DNA of 64,000 nucleotides from a virus. The translations under genes were made by a program, and so were the position numbers. The stretch's first letter is position 1, and the number at the start of each line of letters is the position of its first letter. The notes beneath the pieces are model-generated. The model saw only the letters and a program-made list of their open reading frames with translations, did no database searches and was not told where the DNA came from. Below, one piece after another: positions 47,679 through 57,300 of the stretch. The stretch lies in the IMG/VR virus record IMGVR_UViG_3300043395_001970, positions 1 through 64,000 of that record; one strand, written 5' to 3'.

Positions 47679-50072
47679 TTATGCTGAGAAACTTGCTCCA
47701 GTTGGAAGAATGTTGAAATCAATTACGATGAATTCTGCAGTCTTCGCTGGTTGAAGGAATATCTGTCCAGCTAATATGTTTCTATCAATCACATCAGGTG
47801 TATTGTTAGTTTCATCCATTACAACTCTGAATGCGTATAAACCTTGTCTTTGTTGAATTGCTTCTAAGTAAGGATTTACAGTATTCAAGAATCTTCCTCT
47901 AGTTGTAGAAGTATTTTGTTCAAATACTAAGAAACGAGAAGTAGATGCGATGAACTTCTTAACAGTGATAAGTAATCTTCTTACGTTGATTCTATCTAAT
48001 GCCGATGCTTTATCTTGTAGAGTTTTTTGTCCGAATGCTACAATACCTTGTCCAGGGAATGCTGCGATTGGGTTTACTTTGTTCTCATATAGAGTATCTC
48101 TTTCAGAGTGTGTTAATCTATTCAATACACTAACTGCTCCAGTAATACCACCTCTATTCAAACCAGCAGGTGCGAACCATTCTGCTGCTAATCTATCATT
48201 CTGAGCGAATACCGCTGGAAGTAATACTGAAGGTGGAACAGTTGTAAGTTTGTTTGTGTTAGTATCAATTGTCTTAACCCAAGGATAGTAAGTTGCTACA
48301 TAGTTTGAATCTACTGCGTTAGCTGCTTCAGTTGCTTCAGTTATTGTATCATCATAATCGTTGAAATCAGCGATATAGAATGCATCTTGTCTATCTTCAA
48401 CCATATCAATAGCCTTTGTAGTTACTGATGGGTGAAGGCTTCTTACAATACCAGGAGTTACAACCATATTGATATCCCATTCATCAGGATTAGATACAGC
48501 GTTGATACCTCTAGCATATGATAGTGAACCAGATGATGTTGAAGTTGAACAATTAAATCCTTGCGTATTTGCTGCTCCCCATTCAGTATCACCAGCTTTT
48601 GCTGCTTTAACAGTTGGGTTCATACCATCATATCCACTTTGGAATGCTAATACAAATTGTCTTTTGGCCATATCACCAGAAGTAGAACCTGTCATTTCGT
48701 ATTGATAATTTGGATAAATAGCCGAATTATCAAATGCGAATATTTTATTATTACCCGTTGCTACACCTTGTGGCAATGGTTTTAAGTATTGTTTGTTATC
48801 CAAAGAAACACCAGAAGTTTCAAAATCAAAACCTGCGAAATAAACAGGAGATGATGATGTGTTTACTGCTGAACCAGTTTGGAATACAACCGCAGGAACT
48901 TTTGATTCATCTGCTGTTGCTACTTTGATTGGGTTGAAATAAGCTGCATGTCCAAATGGTGCTGCCGATACAGGAAATGCTCCTGCTTCTTTTACTTCAA
49001 CTCTAATATATTTTGACCTAGCTACATAATCACCATTTTCAGTAATCTTACCATCAGAATCAATTGTTAAATATCTATCACCAATTCTTCTAGCAATATA
49101 GTTTGGAGAAGCAGGGTCTAAGTTTACGTTATTATATGTTTCTAATACAACTTTTCTTTTATCAGTGTCAGAGAATGAACGGATTGTTACAGTAAATGTA
49201 GCGTAATCAGTTGCTCCATCTTCACCAGCTGCTTTTACATTAGAAATACCAACTTTAAATTTAGTATTATAATTTGTACCATGTCCTAATGTTGCAAAAC
49301 GGAAAAGGTCATATCTTTCACCACTTATGTTCTGAGATTTAACCCAAGGAGTAAATGCTTCAGAATAAGCTGGTGAAATTTCATTACCACTATAATTTTG
49401 GTCAGGCAATTCTTTTACAAAAATTGATGCTGAAGCGTATGGTGAAGATAATGCAGAACCGGTGTTTTCAAAGAAAATGTAAGTGTAAGCTTTCTTTGAA
49501 GTTGATGCAGATGTTACAATTGGAGAAGTACCAAATACATCAGAAAGGTCATTTACATCCGAATTATTTATAGAAGCAGAAATTGAATATCCACTTTGTA
49601 ATAGGTTTGAACCAGAAAGTAAGAATGCTCCACTTCCAGTTAAATCAGCACCAAATATTGGCATTATGTTAGCTGCAGGGAATCCTACATTTTGTTGTCC
49701 TAAATTAGTATTATAAAGAACACCAATTAAAGTTGGAGTTCTTCCACTAGCTTCTGTCCATGCGGAAGATGATGCAAATATACCCATAGGTTTTACTTGA
49801 GTATAACCACCAACTCCAGCTACTCTTACGATTGTTGCTGAACCAGCTTCTCTTAAATAGTTTTGTACTGCATATTCAGTATAATATGTCCCATCAGGTG
49901 TTCCGAAGATATCTTCAAATTCTGATTGTGTTCTCACAATAGTTGGAACAAATGCAGGTCCTTGTTTGAAAGGTCCTATAAATGCTGCTCCAATTTCTCC
50001 AATTCCTTGCGCTAAGAAGGATAGGTCATTTTCTCTTGTGAATACGCCAGGTGATACGATTCTTTCTGCCAT
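47679..50072 (-). CDS. Contractile tail sheath protein (T4 gp18-like)
   Basis: SPGVFTRE.D, GPAFVP, YYPW, WFAPAG.NRG, VNPI, GQKTL, DRINVRRL, P.KTAEFI. Confidence 0.96.
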   Translation of the reverse strand: MAERIVSPGVFTRENDLSFLAQGIGEIGAAFIGPFKQGPAFVPTIVRTQSEFEDIFGTPDGTYYTEYAVQNYLREAGSATIVRVAGVGGYTQVKPMGIFASSSAWTEASGRTPTLIGVLYNTNLGQQNVGFPAANIMPIFGADLTGSGAFLLSGSNLLQSGYSISASINNSDVNDLSDVFGTSPIVTSASTSKKAYTYIFFENTGSALSSPYASASIFVKELPDQNYSGNEISPAYSEAFTPWVKSQNISGERYDLFRFATLGHGTNYNTKFKVGISNVKAAGEDGATDYATFTVTIRSFSDTDKRKVVLETYNNVNLDPASPNYIARRIGDRYLTIDSDGKITENGDYVARSKYIRVEVKEAGAFPVSAAPFGHAAYFNPIKVATADESKVPAVVFQTGSAVNTSSSPVYFAGFDFETSGVSLDNKQYLKPLPQGVATGNNKIFAFDNSAIYPNYQYEMTGSTSGDMAKRQFVLAFQSGYDGMNPTVKAAKAGDTEWGAANTQGFNCSTSTSSGSLSYARGINAVSNPDEWDINMVVTPGIVRSLHPSVTTKAIDMVEDRQDAFYIADFNDYDDTITEATEAANAVDSNYVATYYPWVKTIDTNTNKLTTVPPSVLLPAVFAQNDRLAAEWFAPAGLNRGGITGAVSVLNRLTHSERDTLYENKVNPIAAFPGQGIVAFGQKTLQDKASALDRINVRRLLITVKKFIASTSRFLVFEQNTSTTRGRFLNTVNPYLEAIQQRQGLYAFRVVMDETNNTPDVIDRNILAGQIFLQPAKTAEFIVIDFNILPTGASFSA

Positions 50073-50141
50073 TTTATTTCTCCAATTAGATTTTTGTTAT
50101 AATTTGTATTCCTATAAAAATACACATATAAATATAAACAA

Positions 50142-50176
50142 AATATCCAAAACACAATAATGATGCTTTGGATATT
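50142..50176 (-). terminator. Possible terminator after the fibre-accessory genes
   Basis: AATATCCAAA...TTTGGATATT inverted repeat with a T-run on the minus strand. Confidence 0.5.
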
Positions 50177-50199
50177 ACGTTTGATTAATTCTTTAAAAA

Positions 50200-50589
50200 T
50201 TATATAGGTAAAGAACCCGAATTAGAACCAGATACAGGTGACCAAGGTAAATCAAAAGTGTCTACATTTTGTATCACATTTCTTTTTCTATCTATATCTT
50301 TTTGAATTCTATCACTAATATGGTCCCAATATGAAGTGTTTGAAGAACCACTTACATAGCTCTTAATCCACCCCAAAACTTGCTCTTCTGTAAGTTGTGT
50401 ATAATCAACAAAGTTTTCAGGATCTACTGAACTTAAATCAAATGGTGTAGCTCCTACAAATGCTCCAGAAACATTATCTGAAGTATCCGTTCCAGTACAC
50501 TCCCAACGAGTACCTATAATTACATTATCTAAACCATTACCACTTGTTTTTGATAATGCTGTAATTTTCCATGTATAATTTATTGCCAT
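50200..50589 (-). CDS. Small fibre-associated protein
   Basis: YTWKI, F..Y..LTEEQVLGW, LPW; a small-protein type commonly found after phage fibre genes. Confidence 0.65.
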   Translation of the reverse strand: MAINYTWKITALSKTSGNGLDNVIIGTRWECTGTDTSDNVSGAFVGATPFDLSSVDPENFVDYTQLTEEQVLGWIKSYVSGSSNTSYWDHISDRIQKDIDRKRNVIQNVDTFDLPWSPVSGSNSGSLPI

Positions 50590-50627
50590 TTTCTTTTTAT
50601 TTTAATTATAAATATTTGTTTTTAAAA

Positions 50628-50915
50628 TTAACCATTTTCTTGTCCTGTCACTTTAAAATCAAAATCTTGACACATTTTTTCTGCTAAATAGAAATTACTA
50701 CCACTCCATGCATTTAAAACATTTTGTGGTACTTTCCATTCACCTGTTGATACTGTTGTATCTGGTATTGCAACCGATTCTCTATTTGGGTCTCTATATC
50801 TTAACTCATATCTTAAAATACAATCATCATCATTCAAATCATATCTTAAAATGTTTGTAAATACAGTGTTTACTTTTTTACCAAATAAATTTTTTTCTTC
50901 AATAAAAGTTATCAT
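50628..50915 (-). CDS. Hypothetical protein
   Basis: 95-aa ORF in the fibre operon. Confidence 0.65.
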   Translation of the reverse strand: MITFIEEKNLFGKKVNTVFTNILRYDLNDDDCILRYELRYRDPNRESVAIPDTTVSTGEWKVPQNVLNAWSGSNFYLAEKMCQDFDFKVTGQENG

Positions 50916-50929
50916 CTTCTTTTTTGTTT

Positions 50930-51355
50930 TTAAACATCAACTAAAACAGTTGCTGATTGGATTACATTTCTTTCTATCAAATCTGCCGCTATCTTTTCTT
51001 TTAGTAAAGGATATGCTTTTGCAAATATATCACCACCTTCCAATACAGTAAAATCAGGAACCTTTTTTTCATAAACTCTACCATCAATAACTTCTTGTTC
51101 CGTTCTTGTCATTGGTAAAGAATGCCAATGTGGTATAGCATCTATCTTAGCAAGAAATCTTTCTTGAATAGGCGCTCCCATACGATTTGAAATATTAGTT
51201 TCCAACAATCTTGCTGTTTCTTCGTTTTTAAATACATTCACATAAAGTTCTAATGCTCCTTTGTTTCTATCTACCACATAACGATAAATTCTAACATAAG
51301 CTTCATCAGTTATTCCCTGCGATGTACCTACTTGTGCTGCTATTTTAATTGCCAT
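50930..51355 (-). CDS. Hypothetical fibre-associated protein
   Basis: 141 aa; T..G....AYVRI ... AY..LK pattern. Confidence 0.65.
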   Translation of the reverse strand: MAIKIAAQVGTSQGITDEAYVRIYRYVVDRNKGALELYVNVFKNEETARLLETNISNRMGAPIQERFLAKIDAIPHWHSLPMTRTEQEVIDGRVYEKKVPDFTVLEGGDIFAKAYPLLKEKIAADLIERNVIQSATVLVDV

Positions 51356-51388
51356 AGTTATTTTCCTTTAATATATATAAATATATAG

Positions 51389-54300
51389 TTACTTATTCAA
51401 ACCTAATTTTTCTTCCAAAATTTTTATTTTAGCCTTTAATTCTTCAATCTGAGTTTGTTGTTCTTTCATAGCGTTTACTAATAATGCAGGCATTGCTCTA
51501 TCTCTTATTGCTAAATATCCAGCATCATCAGGTCTTACTAATAATGGTTCAACATCTTCAACTTCTTGAGCGATAAAACCAATATCATGTCTTAGATTTG
51601 TTGTTTCATATTCATCAGTACCCTCTTTCCAATCAAATTCAACACCTCTCAATTTCAGAACTTTATCTAATGCATTTTCGTAAAACTTAACATTATCTTT
51701 TAATCTTCTATCAGATGGAGAACCATATGCAATAATATTGTTTGATGCAATAATCACACCATCATATCTCAAGTTAATGTTTGCACCACCACCTCTATTA
51801 CCAGAGAAGATTCTCAAACCATAAGAAGCACGAAGTGATAAATATCCGTCATTCACGTCTGCCAAATCACCATCATCGGATACCCACATACCACCACCAC
51901 CATAGTTATCAAAGTTTGCACGAACTACATATGGAGTACCAATAGTATCATCATTCAAATAGTATCTCTGCCATCTAGAAGACCAACCACCCCATCTTAC
52001 AACGTTATCACCATCCAAACCTAAGTTCAATGCGTAGTAACCACCTTTGTGGAATGACATGAACGCACCATTGTTACCAGTTGAGTATGGTTGCAACATT
52101 GCCGAATCGGTTTGTGTTGCGTAGTATCCTCTATTGTAAGTAAAGTAAACTCTTGAATAGTGATTATAATCGTAAGTTGGAATACAATATTCACCTCTGT
52201 TGTTAGAGTCAACCATTGCTTTCCAACCACTATTGTTTGGCCAAGAGTTTCTAAACCACAATCTATCTACAGGTCCACCAACTAATTGCCATCCATATCC
52301 TGCATTATAACTCCAAGTATAGTGGTATGATTGAACACCCACCCAGTGAGATGTACCAGGAGGTTGGTTAGCCGGGTTTGACCAAGTATCAATATCACCA
52401 CTACCCCAATCCATTACCCAGTTGAAGTCCGTAGTACCCCAACCCATATTACCTGTCCAATAATAAACATCACCAGTGTAATCTTGTGGTCTTCTCCAGT
52501 TTGACCTACCTGTCAATGATATATTACCTTTACCTCTATTTTCTAATCCTAACCATTGAGAACGAGAGTTAGGATTCATATAGTATCCAGTATCATCTCT
52601 ATCATAGTAAATGTATGCTCTTGCATCATTCATATATGTGATACGATACAACTCCATATGGGCGTTACCATATTCAATACGAATCTGCCAGTTTCCGGAG
52701 TTATTTAACATACCGAAACCACTACCATCCCAATATCCAGCGTATCCTCTTAAATCAGATTCGTAGTTGTTGTAGAATACTATACCACCATATCCATATC
52801 CACCACCGGCTGCTTTCCAATATCCGTTATTAGAATACCAGTGCATTCCTCTATTGTTATTATACAAACCTTGTCCAGAGTTATTATTTCTAAACCAAGC
52901 ATTTGAATATATGTCATTGAAAGTTGGAGAAGCATCGGTTCTTACGTTTTGGTTGATGTAGTTACTCATCCAACCCATATATCTATTCCAATAGTTACCA
53001 TCTCTTGCAAACTGATGAGATTCTAAACCATCAGAACCATATCTCATAATATGGTAACCATTTGCGTAAGCTTGTAGATATAAGTGAGAACTATGCCATT
53101 GTATCTTATAGTATTCACCCGTCCAACCACCAGGATCAGAATACAACATATAACCAGGATTGATGTATATGTTATTTGCATTTACAAAGTTTAATCTATT
53201 TGTAGAAGCAGGGTCACAATAATATCCTGAATTATTTGTATCATAGAAAATAGTTGCGTAGAAATCACCACCACTACCTAAGTACATATTTCCAACCCAG
53301 AAGTTGTACATCGCCAAACGATATCCATTGGCGTACATTTCATTTACGTTGAAATAGAAGTTAGAACGGTCAGTATAAATGTGAGCATGTCCAGTATTTG
53401 CCGGTCCAAACTGAATCCATCCAGAAGGTGTATAATGTCTCCATCCCCAATCACCGGCACCAAAGTAGAATCCACTATTACCATAATCTATCGTTGAAAG
53501 ACGAGAACGTCCATTTGGGTCAACAAAGAATGCGGAGTTATTTCTATCATAAAGTATTGGTGTGTATATTTGACCAGGAACGTGAAATTCAGGTCCATAG
53601 AAATATCCATCACCTTCTATGTTTCCAGTACCGGCCGCAGATATATAATCGTTTACGTTTCCATATGTTCCAGTTGAATCGAATACAATTCTACCAGTTG
53701 CTGCAATTCTTATACGGTCATGTATAGTTGATGTATCAGGATCATTACCTTTAAAGATTAACAATTCAGATTCATCACCATTTCTCCAAATTCTTTCTAT
53801 AAGAGCAGTGTGGTTATATGAACCAGGATTATCACCAACAACTCCATAGAAATATAATCCATTTGATGTTGTTGAAATACCACTTAAATAGATACCGCTA
53901 AATCTAGAATCACCATTAGGATTGACGTAATATGTAGTATCATTTGCATCATAATAGATACCCGCTCTCATTTGGTCTCTTACCCAAAGGTGTCCATCAG
54001 GGTGGAACTGAGCCACACCTGTCCATCCAGAAGTTAAGATACTGAATGATTTTGATGAACTCATATGGATACCAAAACCTTCTCTACCCCAATATCCTCT
54101 TGATGTTGAGTGTTTAATCAAACCTTCATCCCATGTACCAGCTCTTAACCAATAAATGTAAGGCCATTGGTCAGCGTTTGATGTATCATATGCAGTACCA
54201 TTAACATAGAAGTAACCACTTTGAAGTGCTACTATATTTGATAAACTTGTTGGGTCTACATAATATGCTGTGTTGTTATAATCATAGAAAATTGGAGAAC

Positions 54301-57300
54301 GCATTTGATTGTATGCGTAGAAAATACCACTACTAAATTCACCCCAAGCATTATTAGAACCTCCACCAAAATAGATTACGTTACCGTCATAATAATTCAA
54401 ATACAAACCATATCCACTACCAGCATCTAAGTGTAAATTACCATTTGTTGTTGCTACTGATGCAAATGCCGAATCAATATATCCATTTCTACCATCACCA
54501 CCAACTAATAAATAAGCTCCCCAAGTGTTATTTGGACCAAATAATGCACCACCTCTCATTCTCAATGCAGTCATTGATGTTGAGTTAGGGTCTATGTAGT
54601 ATCCACTATCATTTGCATCATAATAAATTGTACCATAAACACGTCCACCAAAATATAATATTGGGTCTCCACTCTCTCTACCGATATAAGCAAACTGATT
54701 ATTACCGGCGGTGTTATCCATAAATCTTACATAAGAGTTGTTATTATTATCATTAGCATCAACTCTTAGGATAATATCGTTAAATGAGTTTATAGATATT
54801 GAATCGGTAAACGTACCATTCAAGTCAGTAGAAGCAATACCATGAAACTGATACGAATCATATGAAGCGTTCCAGTCAAATGAAACATATGCTAATCTGG
54901 TCATATATGAACTCCACGAACCATAGTTAGCCCATATAGAACGTTCACTATTTAATCTAAACGAGTTATCGGAACGAATGTAGTTATCATTGTAAAGAAC
55001 TTTTGAACCTCTTACTCTTAAATAAGTTCCATCAACCATATACCAGCCACCACCCCAACCAAATCCAATTTCCTCATCTCTCATAAATGATGCAGCACCT
55101 CTACCAAATACGATTGCGTCTTGGTTTCCTAATAATTGAAGTGAACCATTTATGAATACTCTGTTATTTGTAATTGTACTAATTACTGAAGCGTTATCAG
55201 TTGCGGTATATGAAAAATCAGTAGTTGCAATACCCATTCTTTGGTCGGATGAGAAGAATGCTGCCAAACCACCATTTATTGAAGTAAAATCAGAAGTGTT
55301 ATTAGTATAAATGTATAAAGAACCTCCTGTATTTGTTCTACCAGCTACTATATAGTTACCACCATTATTACCTAATTGTAAACCATACCAACTCAATGAG
55401 CCGTGATAGTTATTTGAACCATCATATCTAGCTCTAAAATAATTTCCACCAGGAATATATATGTCACCAGTTGCAACATTTCCTCTACTTGTTACAGTAG
55501 CTAATGTTTCCGAACCAGCCGTACCAGTAATATTTCCTGTTATATTAGCTGTAGTATTATCTAAATGGAATGCTGCTCTTGGAATTGTTACAGAATAACT
55601 TGAGTGATTTGAGTAGGTGAATGGACCATGCGTCATATTCAAATTAGAATATGAAATCTTAACATTATAGCTTAACCCAGCTCCACAATTTGGATTTACA
55701 ATTAATCTTAATACCCAACCTGTTGATACATGGTCACCATTAATACCCAATAAACCATTTGCGTTACTACCATTCCACAATCCAACATTATTGTTAGAAC
55801 CTGCTGATAATATCAAATTAGATGAAATTCTATCACCAATGTAAACAATCCATTTTTTATATTCAACATAAGAAGTTTGTGTATAACCTCTATGAGAACC
55901 AATTACTTCAATTACAATAGAACTATCATAACCACCATATGAATTAATCGTACCAATTGTATAAATTCTTGCATTTTCATTACAAGCCGGCCAGTTATCA
56001 GGGGTTGAAACAACACCTTTAAATTCAGTATAGTTATCACTAAATGTATGAGAACCATATAATCTTGAAGACCTATTATAAAGACTTCCACCAGCATTTG
56101 GGTCTAAGAAGTATGAAGTACTAGCTACATCATATAGTATAGGTGTATAAAATGCACCATTTTGAGAATCAGGAGTTACATATACATCCTGATTTAGCAT
56201 TCTTAATGTTGTAAAATTACTATTTCCTTCTGTTCCTGTATTTAAATTAATTCTTTTTGATGAACCTCTATTTGAAATATTCATCGCACCAGCACCATCC
56301 AAATTCAATGATAAACCATCTGTAGCATATGCTGCATAAGAACCGAATGATTGAGTTCTACCACCTAAACCAAACCATGCTCTTTGTGAACCTTGGTCAT
56401 CATACATTCCTAATAACAAATAGTTACTAGCAGATGTATTGTCCCATCTCATAAATGGAGCGCCTGTATTATTAAAATCAGCCAATCCATTTATTACTAA
56501 TCCGGCAAATGTTACCGAATCCGATGTTCTTATATTTTGGTTCATTAAGTGAACTTCGGTCAAACCTTGTCCAGTATTAACCTGAGCAGATACTAAGTTT
56601 CCAGGTATTGTAAATGTACCTGCGCTATCTAGTCTACCAATTTGAGTCCATCCTATTGTTCTACCTGCTGTTGTAGTTTGGTCATTGTAGAAAGTAAATC
56701 CTTGGTTAAAATTAAGATATGTTGCTGTATCGGTTAGTGGGGCAATTAGTTGACCTGATGTAGCTGTATGCCTTACATTATATCCAATACCGCCATACCA
56801 TCCACCACTATAACCAGCAACCATACCTCTACCCTCAGAACCACCACTACCTAAGTTTACGTTGTATGTACCATTAGCATCATAAAAATTAGCAGCTCTT
56901 ACATTTGCATAAATTACAGTATCTGTAGTTCTTAGATTTTGGTCCATTAAGTAAACTTCGGTAGCACCTTGTCCAGTATCAATTGTACCACTAAGAATTA
57001 CATTACCATTAACCTGTAATGTATTATCTGCATACCATCTATCAGTTGATTCATCCCAATAGAATGAAACATTTGCTGATGAACCTCTCCTTACTTCAAT
57101 ACCAGCATTTTCAGATGGTGCTCCAGAAGTAAAGTTTGAATTTAATGTAATTATATTATCAGCTAATAAAATAGTTTCAGTATTGATTGTGGTAGTTGTA
57201 CCACTTACAGTAAGATTACCTGTAATTGTTGCATTACCTGTTACTGTCAATAGTGTACCATCAAATGTTAAGTTTTGTTCTACTGTACCATTTGGTGCCG

